Notes: generated from the letters alone by a model not told the origin. Counted from the first letter of the stretch, positions 1-10,846 are shown. The stretch is 64,000 nt of DNA from an uncultured Planctomycetota bacterium (GCA_963719315.1 CAVRBU010000002.1:1024001-1088000); one strand, 5' to 3'. Numbers and translations: made by a program.

Positions 1-289
1 GATGTGAAGCGTAGCGCCGTTCACTTCCAGCGTCAGTGCCGACGTCGGCATCGCGGCGACAGAGATCGGGACAAGTCGAGGCGCGGATGACTGGGATTTC
101 TTTCTGCCAGTATGCCGACGACTTGTCTTTAGGCCCAGCTCGCGCTTCCAGAGATGAAACGCCGACTCCGTAAGTCCGCGTTCGCGACAAAATCCGGAAA
201 TCGTCTGGCCGCCTTGGGCCCAGTCATTGATCTGACGCCGCCAGAATGCCTCTCGTTCGCGCCTTCGGAAGTCGCACTCGTTTCGCCAT
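1..289 (-). CDS. tnpA: IS66 accessory protein TnpA (partial, apparent frameshift after ATG)
   Basis: Manual translation gives [39 protein letters not shown]...LVPISV...TLEVNG, typical of IS66 TnpA. GGAG precedes the ATG at 289. Confidence 0.75.
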
Positions 290-366
290 TGCTCGTACTC
301 CAGAGGTTTCGCAGGGAAATCCTCAGGCTAGCATAGGCGTCAAGGTGTGGATGGTGGCACGGATAC
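1..366 (-). mobile_element. Left end of an IS66-family element, running off the window edge
   Basis: The minus strand begins GTATCCGT at 366 (IS66 ends typically begin GTA), followed by a TnpA-like ORF. nagB coding sequence resumes at 367. Confidence 0.7.
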
Positions 367-944
367 ATTGGAACTCCGTAACCGGGTTTCATCTGGATGA
401 ATATGTCGGCGTGAAGTTCTCGCACCCGGCCTCGTTCCGCGGCTACTTGTGGCAGCGGTTCGTGAGCCGGTTGCCGCTGCCGTTGCGAGCATTTCATTTT
501 CTGGACGGCGAAGGCGACCCGCGGGCCGAGTGCAACCGCGTGGGCGAAATCATTCGCCGCCACCCGATCGACGTGGCGTTCGTCGGCATCGGCGAAAACG
601 GCCACCTGGCGTTCAACGATCCGCCGGCCGATTTCGAGACGGAACAACCCTATCTCGTCGTGCAACTCGACGACGCCTGCCGGCGACAGCAACTGGGCGA
701 GGGCTGGTTCCCCACGTTCGACGACGTGCCAAAACTGGCGATTTCAATGAGCGTTCGGCAGATCATGAGCAGCCGCGCGATCATTTGCACCGTGCCGGAC
801 GAGCGCAAGGCCGAGGCGGTGCGAAACGCCGTGGAAGGCGAAGTTTCGCCGCAGGTGCCGGCCTCGATTCTGCAGCGGCACAAGCGGTGCCAGCTATTTC
901 TCGACCCAGCGGCGGCAGTTTTACTGCAAAAATCGGCCCGCTGA
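367..944 (+). pseudogene. nagB: Glucosamine-6-phosphate deaminase, 3' part (N-terminus displaced by IS66)
   Basis: [30 protein letters not shown] motifs. The N-terminal ATG(A/S)S region is absent. Confidence 0.85.
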
Positions 945-1033
945 CGACGTTCCCTAGATGGACGATCGTCGGTTTCACGGAACTCGTCTGCCGTGCTTCT
1001 GCTCGAGCGGACCTTTTTTTACTGCTGCGACGT

Positions 1034-2411
1034 ATGAGCATGCCTCGCCTTATTGCCTTGACTTGGCTGGTGGGCTTCGCCCTCCAGGGAGCGGCAGCGC
1101 TCGCAACACCCGTCACCGGCTGGCTGCGAGACACCTCGTTCGGCGGCGGGGCCGCGGCGACTCTTACGGCCGCCAACACGAATTCGCCCATACTTGGCAG
1201 CGGGGCATCGAACAATGCCGACAATGTTGCGATCTACGCTCCCCTACCCCTGGTCTCGCTCGCCGAAGCCCAGCAAATCGTGCTCACGGGTTCGGCCGAA
1301 ATGATCGGCACCGCTTCCGTCGGTGATTTTCGCTGGGGCTTGTTCAAAGACGACGGCGTAGCCCCCGACACCGCCGGCTGGCTCGGTTACTTCGGGAGCG
1401 CCGAGAGCAATGTGTGGTCGAAGGATCCAACAGGCACGAGTTTTGCCACCACGACGTTCGCTTCCATCGCCGGGGGGCGCGGGCGTCCTCGGCCAAATGA
1501 GCGAACCGAACGGGCACGCATTCGACCCCGGTACTTATGCGTTCAAAATGACCGTCCAACGATTCGGCAGCGAGTCACTGGTGAAGGTCGCCATTTCGAA
1601 TAGCGCCACCGGCTTCGCCATCGAGACACCTTTCTTTTCCGAAAGCAACCCTGCCCGGCGCACATTCGCGTTCGATCGCGTGGGCTTTCTATCGGGCAGC
1701 GCACTCGACGCCGACCAGATTCGTTTCAGTAGCATCGATGCCATCGGCTGGTGATATCCAAGCTCCTACGCTCAAGGTCTTTTCATCCGGTCTGGTATTC
1801 CTCACGAACCCGTTCAACCAAACATTCGATTTGACGCACTACGAGATTGCCAGTGCCGGAGGCGGATTGAGCCCTACGGGTTGGCTGAGCCTCGATGACC
1901 AGGAAAACAATGATCCCGTAGGGGTCGGCTGGGAAGAGGCCGGAGGCAGCAACTGCCAACATCCTGGCGGAGGTCAATCTGCTCTCGACAACTTCATTGG
2001 CGAGTGGCGGAAGCTTGCGCCTCGGTCATGCGTTTACACCCGGATTCCCGAAGGACCTGACGCTTCGGTTCACGGCCGGCGACGAAGTTCTTCGCGGGCC
2101 GGTACAATACCTGCTGACCGGCGACTATAACGGCGATGGCACGGTGGATGCCGGCGACTACGTGATCTGGCGGCGAACGCTTGGCCAAAGCGTTGCGTTT
2201 GGATCGGGCGCCGATGGCGACGGCGACGGCGTCATCGGCCTGGGCGACTATGCCGCTTGGAGAAGCAGTTTTAATGCAATTCTGGCGCCAGCCGCTGCCC
2301 TAGGCCGCGAGTGTTCCTGAGCCTGCTGCGATCGGCCTGATTTGTTGGACCTGCGTGTCAGGATTCGTTTGGGTCGGCGGCCGCCGCAGGGCCGTCCATG
2401 GATCGAGTTGA
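1034..2411 (+). CDS. Secreted PEP-CTERM protein with dockerin-like domain (several frameshifts)
   Basis: Signal peptide MSMPRLIALTWLVGFALQGAAALA. Frames join through 1410-1754, 1738-2130 and 1997-2320. GDYNGDGTVDAGDYVIWRR is present, and a shifted frame ends VPEPAAIGLICW...RRR with stop at 2411. Confidence 0.7.
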
Positions 2412-2439
2412 TGATCTCCAGCTTGAAGGACACTGACAC

Positions 2440-4150
2440 ATGTATCTTCGAATTGACACGAGCGACTCATCGAGCCATCGTGCTCTGCTGGTTGCTGAAC
2501 TTCGCATGCACGCCATCGGCAGCCGGCGTGGAAATCAATCAGGTCGCTGGAAACCTGATCACGTTCAACACGAACGGCGCGTGGTCGTGGTATATGGACG
2601 AGCGGGTGATCGTCGATACCACGGCCGGGAAGCTGCTGATGAGTTCCGCGGCGGATGCCAGCGGAACCGACGGCGGCTCGCGAAACGGCGACATCGACGT
2701 GGTGTCGTACGACCTCACCTCCGGGCAGACGAACCGCTTCGTGCTGCACGCCGGGCTGGGGGCCGACGACCACGACGCGGCCGCGCTCCTTATCCGCCCA
2801 GACGGCCGTTACCTCGCCATGTACACCAGGCACAACGCCGACAAGATCTCGCATTACCGAATCTCGACGAACCCGCACGATGCGACGAGTTGGGGAGCGG
2901 AGCAAGACTTCGATTGGTCGACGACGCCCGGCAGCGATTTCAACGTTACGTACTCCAATCTGTTTTATCTGCCCGCGGAAAACCGCACGTACAATTTTGC
3001 CCGCGCGAATAACCGCAGCCCCAATATGATGATTTCGTCCAACAACGGTTCGACGTGGACCTACGGCGGCAACCTGGTGTTCAATCCCACGTTCGTTGGC
3101 TATGTGAACGGGTACTTCAAATACGCGTCCAACGGCGTCGATCGGATCGACTTCATCGGCACCGAGTATCATCCCCGCGACTTCAACAACAGCATCTACG
3201 CCGGCTACATCAAGGGTGGACAGATGTTCCGCACGGATGGGACGCTGGTCGACAGCAATATTTTCGACAACAACGCTCCTAACCAAACGGCGCTCATGAC
3301 GGTGTTCCAAAGCGATCCTGAAGACGGCAATCAGGTAAACACGCGGGCCTGGACGACCGACCTGCAAATCGACAGCAACGGCAATCCCTACGCGATCTTT
3401 ACCACGCGGCGCGACGACATACCGGTCAACACGAACGGATACAACGACCACCGCTTCTGGTACGCGCGCTTCGACGGCACACAGTGGAACGTGCACGAGT
3501 TGGCCAAAGCCGGCGCCCGCTTGTACCCGGCCGAGCAGGACTACACCGGGCTGGTTGCGCTCGACCCCTTCGACCCCAATCACCTGTACATTTCGTCCAC
3601 GATCGACCCACGAAACGACACAAATCTAAACTTCCACGAAATCTTCGAGGGCACGACCACCGACGGCGGCGCTAATTGGAATTGGACGCCCATCACGTTC
3701 AACTCGACCGCCGACAACGTGCGGCCCATCGTTCCCATCTGGGACGCCACGCATACGGCGCTCACTTGGATGCGCGGCAAATACAACTCACAGGTCGATT
3801 ACGACATGGATATCGTTGGCCTGACCTCATTCGGGCCTTTGCAAGGTTATATCTTCGGCGACCTCAATTCCGATCACATGTTCGATATCACTGACTTTTC
3901 CATTTACATTTCTTACATGTATACGAATCTAAGCGCCCTGACGCCCGAGGAGGCATATGCGCGTGGGGATTTGAACGGCGACTTCAAGAACGACGCCAAC
4001 GACTTCATCCTCTTTCGCGCGGCCTACAACGCAGAGCACGGCGCCGGTGCATTCGAGGCCGCTCTGGCAGGCGTGCCGGAACCCACGACGATGAGTCTGC
4101 TGCTCATAGTAGGCGCCTTAGCTGACGTGCGTCGCCGTCGACAAATGTAG
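2440..4150 (+). CDS. BNR-4 repeat beta-propeller protein with dockerin-like domain and PEP-CTERM anchor (start uncertain, probable early frameshift)
   Basis: GAWSWYMDERVIVD, DDHDAAALLIRPDGRYLAMY, two GDLNxD motifs, C-terminal VPEPTT + hydrophobic stretch + RRRR. Confidence 0.75.
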
Positions 4151-4199
4151 CAAGCACGCTCCGAGGCTGTGAGTTTTTCAAAACTGTGCAGTCTCGTCA

Positions 4200-5825
4200 C
4201 AACATGTACGTATGCGATCCGCCCTAGCCGGAGACACCAGCCAGTCGCTGCAAACACCATTAGCACCAAGGTCGCCGGCTCGGGCACGGCAACATTCGTA
4301 CTAGAGCGGTTACATCATGGTGTAGCGTTGCTAGCGGCCATCGCTAGCACTGCGTTTATCGGGATTTAGTTGGCATGCGCGATTAGATTCCGCTACACCC
4401 AAAGTGTAACCGCTCTAGCACCCGCGCCGCTGGCCGCCGTTTCACAGAAGTGAGCGCGCCACTCGTTGTAGCCTTGTGGGCCGTTGATGCCTGTCTTACG
4501 CCACACGACATAGTCAGCGGCATCGACCGTGCCGTCGTGGTTGTAATCGCCGAAGCTGACGGCCATTACCTCGTAAATCGCGCCGGTATTCGTCGGTGCG
4601 CTGAAAAGGCTGCCATCGGCCATATCCGACATGAAGAGCGCATCCGACGTGCTGAGCATTCCATCCAAATGACCGATAAATGGTTCCTGGGTGCCGATAA
4701 AATGCCAATAAGTGCCAGTCGTCAGGTCGTAAAAGACGACCGGGTTCTCTTCGTTGCCGCCGCCCGTGGTTGGATTGGGTGGGCCAACCTTGTTGAACTG
4801 GCCGTGAAAGCCGATGAAGAGGCCGTTGTTTAGTCCGGCCGGGAAGTTCGAGGGGGCAAAGGCTATCTCGTTGGGACCTTCCGATTCGTTAGGCGATGAG
4901 TTATATGGTCGGACGTATCAAACGGACCAAATGGGGCGAATCGGGCAATCGCGCCCGGATTGCCGTGTTGGGGGAAAGTTGTCGGCGTACCCTCGTAGAA
5001 ATCCGTGCTGAAATTGGTATTGGGGTGACTGACGCCAATTTGCGACGCATCAATCTTGTGAAGCGTATCCAGGCTGTAGGCCGCGTTGCCGTATCTATCA
5101 TTGGGATGACTATTGCCACTGGACCCATCCATTCCATTGTCGGTGTAGTATAGATCGCCTGCGCCGGGCTGAAACGCCATCCCTACCGCATTGCGCAATC
5201 CCGCCGCCACTTTCACCGGCGTCGACATCGCCGCCGCCGTCCGGTTAAATGAAACGGTTGTCATATAAATCGACTCTGGGTCGAGCGGGGCGTTGCTCAA
5301 CCCGGTTGCGTTGCCGGTGGTGTTGGCCGTGGCATGATACGTCCCGAAATTTCCCGCATCGCTGGTTTGGTTCGTGCGCGAGCCGAGATTGAAAAAGACA
5401 TCATACTTCCCGCTCTGGTTGGGCGTTGGCCGGACAGCCAGCCCAAACGACGGATGCTCCCAAGTGGAGGCGGTAAAACTGAGGTTGATCGTGCCGACGC
5501 TAACGAACGGCGACGTGGTAGTCGCCCCTTGTTGTAGAACGCTAATCACTGGACTCGGTGTGTCAGCGTTGTCGGTGACAAACAACAGATTCCCCGCCTG
5601 GCGCACCGACGTGATTTGTCCCGGCAAACCATCCACGGGCGTCAAATCCGCCGTCTGATCCGCGACTCAGTCGTTATCTGTATCGGTCAAGAGGAGCAGA
5701 TGGCCGGAGTTGCCACCGGCCGGAAGGAACGGCCCGTCGTTCGTGGTACTGACCAAAATTCCGCCACCGTATTGCTGCATGCTGGTTGGATAATTCAGCC
5801 CGCTCGCGAACGTGGTCACTCTCAA
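4200..5825 (-). pseudogene. Glucose/sorbosone-dehydrogenase-like beta-propeller PEP-CTERM protein, decayed
   Basis: VTTFASGLNYPTSM, AAGLRNAVGMAFQP, dockerin GDYNHDGTVDAADYVVWRK, VPEPATLVLM tail. In-frame TGA at ~5667, frameshifts, MITE insertion and missing 5' end. Boundaries approximate. Confidence 0.7.
4301..4418. mobile_element. MITE, 114-bp insertion at a CTAG/TA target
   Basis: Terminal inverted repeats CTAGAGCGGTTACAtcat-GGTGTAGCG / CTAGAGCGGTTACActttgGGTGTAGCG. Removing it restores GGT GCT AGT ACG AAT GTT GCC GTG CCC GAG CCG (GASTNVAVPEP). Confidence 0.85.
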
Positions 5826-5829
5826 TTGG

Positions 5830-6571
5830 CCATTGCACTATCGACTTGAGGCACAACTCAGCCAAATTGGACTTTCAATTTGTGCCCGCCAAGGATCGGC
5901 CGGACATCTTCGGTCCCTTTATCTGCGTCACTAACAGCTACAACACAGTACGAGCGTTACGATTCGACATCGGCTACTTCCGAAAGGTTTGTGCCAACGG
6001 CCTGATAATTCCGGACGCAATTGTAAAGATTCACTTTGTCCATTCGCGCCGCACTATTGGCGACAAGATCAAGTTTGATGTTGCGCGCGAGCGATTGACG
6101 AAGTTTAGAAACAGCTTCGCGGATTTGCTTGGCGCGTTACGTGATTGTTCTGTGCCCCGTTCTCTGTTCGAGCCGCTGACGCTTGGGGCCTTGTTATTTC
6201 ACGAGCCGAAGGGGGCGGACACAAACGGTCGCAGAGCCAAGGACTGGGCGTTGCTCAAAGCGCACATCCGCAAGGTGTCTGACCATTACGCTGGTGAACT
6301 TGGCGAGAATGCCTACGCCGTATTCAATACCATCACCGTCTTCGCTTCGCGTCCGTCGATCAATCGTAGTGTCCAGCGCGAGCGGCATAGCTTCCAACAA
6401 TTGGCCGGTAAATGGTTGAGCGTGTTCAGCCGTGAGTGCCGCGAGCCGGGATTCAAGATCGACGGGTATCTCATGAAGTTGGTAACAACTAGCGGACGCG
6501 ACGCCGCGTCGAACATTGATGGCCGAACCAGCCGCCGTCCGCAATTGCTAGATGACGCCTCCGCTGGTTAG
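5830..6571 (+). pseudogene. DUF932-like mobile-element protein, 5'-truncated
   Basis: VTNSYN...ALRFDIGYFRKVCANGLI and NAYAVFNTIT resemble DUF932. The first codons of the called ORF are antisense of the neighbouring gene. Confidence 0.6.
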
Positions 6572-6704
6572 ACTGGATTCTTCGGGTGTCCGCCGCGGTC
6601 GCTCCCTGGTGGACATCAAATGGGGTCAGGGGGTGCCTCGGCGACGTTCACACCTACCTACCGCGGCACCTCTTGTCCCCGCCCGATCATAGGTAGGTAT
6701 TTCG

Positions 6705-9111
6705 ATGCCGACTGGTCTGCACGACCCGCCGCTGAGCGAATCTGATACTCGCTCCAAGCTCATCGACCCGGCTATTCATGCGCGCGGCTGGACTGAGGAA
6801 CATATCCGGCGTGAAGAGACGGCTGGCGCGATCGAAAAAATCAACGAAGAATGGCGCCGGCGCAGCAAAGGCCGTGTTGATTACACGTTGCGGGTAAAGG
6901 TCACGAGCGGAGAGCAACCGGTCGCTGTAGCGGTCATCGAGGCCAAGGCCGAGAATCTTGCTCCAAACCACGGACTGGAACAAGCCAAGTCGTATGCCCG
7001 CTGCGAACGACTGAATGTCCCGTTCGCGTTCGCAAGCAACGGACATTTGTACGTCGAATTCGATGCCTTTACCGGCCTGACGACGGACCCGCGTCCGATG
7101 GTCGAATTTCCGTCGCCCGATGACTTGCAGACCCGCTATGAAACCGGCAATGGTTTTCGGCTGGTCGAGGAAGTGGCCAAGCCGCTCGTTACGCCGTATG
7201 CAGGTGGCGAAGCGTTTCGCCGCTACTACCAGGACGCGGCAATCCGCGCTGTATTCGAGAAGATCGCCCGCTGCGAACATACGGGCGATCCAAGGCGAGC
7301 CTTGCTATCGCTGGCCACTGGCTCCGGCAAGACAATTATTGCCGCGCTATTGCTGCGACGGTTCGCCGATGCCGGACAACTGGGCCGCGCACTTTTCGTC
7401 TGCGATCGTGATGAACTGCGGACGCAAGCGCTCGGAAAACTGCAAAACCAGTTCGGCAATGATGCTGCCCCGGCCAACACACGCGACCCGCAAAAGAACG
7501 CCCGCGTCGTCGTAGCCACCTACCAGACGCTGGGCGTCGATACCGATGACGCGGACGCCAGCTTCCTGCTCAGCAATTATCCCGAAAACTATTTCACGCA
7601 CATCGTCATCGACGAATGCCACCGCTCGGCCTGGGGCAAGTGGTCGCAGGTGCTGACGCGCAATTCCAATGCGGTGCAAATTGGCCTGACCGCCACACCC
7701 CGGCAAATCGAACTACCTGAAGAAGCCGAAGCTCATCCGGACGCTAAGGCCGACGCCAAGATCACGGCCGACAACCTTCGTTACTTCGGTGAGCCCGTGT
7801 ACGAATACTCACTCGGCCAAGGCATCGAAGACGGCTACCTGGCTGCCTGTGAGATCATTGAAGGCCGCGTCAACCTGGACGATACCGGCATCACGATCGA
7901 CGACATCATGGCGCGCAACCCAGTGGACGCTACGACGGGCCGGCCGGTCACGCGCGACCAGTTGCAGTCGATGTACCAGGCCACCAGCTACGAAAGCCGC
8001 GTGTTGCTACCCGATCGAGTTGAGGCCATGTGCCAAGACTTGATGAAATATCTCACCGAGCACGGCAAGCCGGAGCAAAAGACGATTATCTTTTGCGCGA
8101 GGGACCGCCACTCCGACGATGTCGCGGCGAAGCTCAACAACTTGTACGCCGCATGGTGCCGCGAGCAGGGACGCGAGCCGCTCGATGCGTTCGCATTCAA
8201 ATGCACGTCGCAGCACGGCAAAGACTACTTGCCCGAACTACGCGGCGCGACGCGGAGCCATTTCATTGCCTGCACGGTCGATCTCTTGAGCACGGGCGTG
8301 GACATCGAACCGCTGCAAAACGTTGTGTTCTTCAAGTACGTTCATTCGCCGATCAGCTTCTATCAGATGGTTGGCCGTGGTACGCGAATCGACGTGCCGA
8401 CCGGCAAGCTGATGTTCCGCATCTACGACTACACGGGCGCCACCGACCTATTCGGCAAGCAATTCATTACCCCGCCTCCGCCAGAGCCGCCGCCCGGCCC
8501 TGGCCCGGAACCGGCGCCGACTCCGCCGATGCCCAATATCCTCGTCCACGGCTTTGACGTGACAGTGACGCCAGCCGGTCACTCCATTCCGGTCGAAATC
8601 GCTGGTGTGATGACCAAGATCAGCGTCGAGGAATATAAGGAACGGCTGGCTCGGCGGCTGGTCGAGCAGGTGGCCACGATCGGCGACGTTTCGGAATCTA
8701 TGGATTGAACCGCCCAAGCGTCACGATTTGTTCGACCAGTTACCGGATGCCGGCCGCTCGCCGCTATTGGTGCGGGCACTCGATCGCATGGACGATTACG
8801 ACCTCTACGATGTGCTGGCCGACCTGGGTTACGGCCTCGATCCCAAAACTCGCATCGCGCGTGCCGACGCATTCTTCTATAAGCATGCAACCTGGTTGGC
8901 CGGTCTGCCGAAGCCGGCGGCCAATACACTGGAAGCCATCGTCGGCCAGTTCGGCCGCATCGGCACCGAAGGATTGGAAAACCCAGAAATCTGGAATACG
9001 CCAGATGTCCGCCGCGCTGGCGGCATAGAAGGACCAATGAAGGCGCTTCGCGAACTGGGTAAACCGAAGGATGTGTTGCAGGATGCCAAGGCGCGGTTGT
9101 TCGCGGCGTGA
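6705..9111 (+). CDS. hsdR: Type I restriction subunit R (EcoAI/EcoEI-like), frameshift near 8690
   Basis: SESDTRSKLIDP, GRVDY...IEAK nuclease motif, ATGSGKT, DECHRS, GLTATP, QMVGRGTR. C-terminal domain continues in 8728-9111. Confidence 0.9.
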
Positions 9112-9189
9112 GTGGGCAGTGATGCGGCATGGGCCGGTCTTGCACGGTGAACAGATTGCAGCCAGAATCCGTACTTAATTGGGCGCAAA

Positions 9190-9963
9190 ATGAGTCGTGG
9201 CGAATTCAAAATTGACTTGGCCGAACAATTCGAGCATCTTACCAATGCGCCGATTGTGGAAGCCGTCATTCACTGGCGCGCCAGATCAGAAAAGAAGCCT
9301 GAGCCAGAGGTTCTGCTCGAACGCCTGAAAGAGAAGCTGCCGGATTATCCCAATTCACAGCGGCGGCAAGAACTCGGATTCGGTGGTGAAATCGGTCCCG
9401 ACGGTTCGTCGATACAGATCAAGCACCCTAGCTGGCATGGATTCCGATTTGATACGGCGGACAAATTGCAAGTCGCCCAATTTACCCGAAACGGCTTCGC
9501 TTTCAGCCGACTAAAACCGTACCAGGATTGGGAGCAATTCGAAGCCGAAGCTAGGCGCCTCTGGCGAATCTATTGCGAGTTGACTCAGCCCTCCGAGGTC
9601 CAGCGACTGGGAGTACGATTTATCAACCTAATTACGCCGGTCAGCCCTGATGAATTGCCCGACCTGCTGGCCGTCCCGCCGCGCAGCCCCAAGAGCATGG
9701 ATTTGCCGTTGGAAGGGTTCATGCACCAAAGCGTGTTCGACATTCCGGGCCATCCATATAATCTCAACCTGATTCAGACAATTCAGCCGCCTAGCCCCCC
9801 GCAGTCGGAATCGTTTGGGCTTATACTGGATATTGACGTATTCACCACCGGCCCAGTTGAGTTCGACGATGTTCCATCTCGGTTGACCGAGATGCACTGG
9901 ATCAAGAATAAGGCGTTTTTCACTTTCGTGAAAAAGAAAGCCATCGGGCGCTTCAAGGAGTAA
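9190..9963 (+). CDS. TIGR04255-like family protein
   Basis: L.NAPIVEAVI, F.RLKPYQDWEQF, VQRLGVRFIN, LILDIDVF, KNKAFF pattern recognised by eye. Confidence 0.75.
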   Translation: MSRGEFKIDLAEQFEHLTNAPIVEAVIHWRARSEKKPEPEVLLERLKEKLPDYPNSQRRQELGFGGEIGPDGSSIQIKHPSWHGFRFDTADKLQVAQFTRNGFAFSRLKPYQDWEQFEAEARRLWRIYCELTQPSEVQRLGVRFINLITPVSPDELPDLLAVPPRSPKSMDLPLEGFMHQSVFDIPGHPYNLNLIQTIQPPSPPQSESFGLILDIDVFTTGPVEFDDVPSRLTEMHWIKNKAFFTFVKKKAIGRFKE

Positions 9964-9968
9964 CCGCG

Positions 9969-10427
9969 ATGACCGTGACGCAATACCGCTGCGAGAGTCA
10001 GGCCGCAAAGTTTGTTGGCGATCAATGGGCACGGCACAATCGTTTTCTCCACAAATCGGCCGCCATCGGCAATGAGCAGGTGATACGCGAAGAGCTGGCC
10101 GAAGTGTGGGAGGAATGCAGCGAGCCAGATTGGGACGGGTACAATGCGCTTCCCGTAAGCTGGGATTCGTTTAAGACGGCTGAGAGGTTGCTACTTTCAC
10201 TCCCGCTCGGTACAAAGCTACCTTCCGTCGGCGCAATTCCCAATGGGAATTTCACGCTTGAGTGGCATCACTCGCGTCGCCGAAGTTTGTCGGTTTCGAT
10301 TAGTCCCGACGGAGACCTGCACTACGCCGCCTTGTTGGGACCTGCCCGCACCTGCGGCACGGAGCCGTTCTTCGATGAAGCGCCATCGACGATCCTCGAC
10401 CTCATCGCACGAGTCTATCAATGCTAG
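9969..10427 (+). CDS. Hypothetical protein (WDGY.A.P / P..G...LEW motif), possible antitoxin
   Basis: AAGGAG RBS 5 nt after the upstream stop region; stop overlaps the next ATG. Confidence 0.65.
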   Translation: MTVTQYRCESQAAKFVGDQWARHNRFLHKSAAIGNEQVIREELAEVWEECSEPDWDGYNALPVSWDSFKTAERLLLSLPLGTKLPSVGAIPNGNFTLEWHHSRRRSLSVSISPDGDLHYAALLGPARTCGTEPFFDEAPSTILDLIARVYQC

Positions 10428-10840
10428 ATCCGGCCAACGTGCCCAACGTTGATGCCCAGGAAATGACCGCGCGGTTTGTCGTCGCGAAGAGGCACGTCAA
10501 TAAGCAGATATCCGCGCTTCGAGCCGAAGCCTTCGTGCCGCATCCCTACGAAGAGTTATCGGTGACTCGACTTATCGAGATGACCGACGAGGAAATCTGG
10601 GCGGTAGGCAGGCAGGTGGCCGCCGCGCGTACGCCGTCCAGAACGCTTCGTGGCCGTGGGGACGTATTGGCAGCGACCTACATTGGTCAGAATCTGGAAG
10701 TCGTAGCAGACCCAGTCGCGAGGAACCCGAACCATGCGAATGTCACCGGCTGGCCATCTGCGGACGACGAAGCCGCGCAATTTATGATCGCCAAGGAAAT
10801 CGCCGCAGTGGCGAAGTTTGTCGCATTTGCGGAGGCGTAG
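10421..10840 (+). CDS. Hypothetical protein, possible ADP-ribosyltransferase/RES-like toxin
   Basis: ARFV...AFVP...LSV...NHANV pattern resembles the R/S strands of ART-fold toxins. Translationally coupled to neighbours. Function is inference. Confidence 0.55.
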   Translation: MLDPANVPNVDAQEMTARFVVAKRHVNKQISALRAEAFVPHPYEELSVTRLIEMTDEEIWAVGRQVAAARTPSRTLRGRGDVLAATYIGQNLEVVADPVARNPNHANVTGWPSADDEAAQFMIAKEIAAVAKFVAFAEA

Positions 10841-10846
10841 CGCGGT

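Noticed and set aside
2300..3583. 427-aa minus-strand ORF (and similar long antisense ORFs such as 35187-36428)
   Set aside because: GC-rich shadow frames opposite well-supported genes.
1..6700. Second att site (tRNA-Ser 3' duplicate)
   Set aside because: No match to the tRNA 3' end found by eye.
8680..8730. Programmed frameshift or phase variation in hsdR
   Set aside because: No slippery run or simple repeat at the site; similar indels occur in essential genes.
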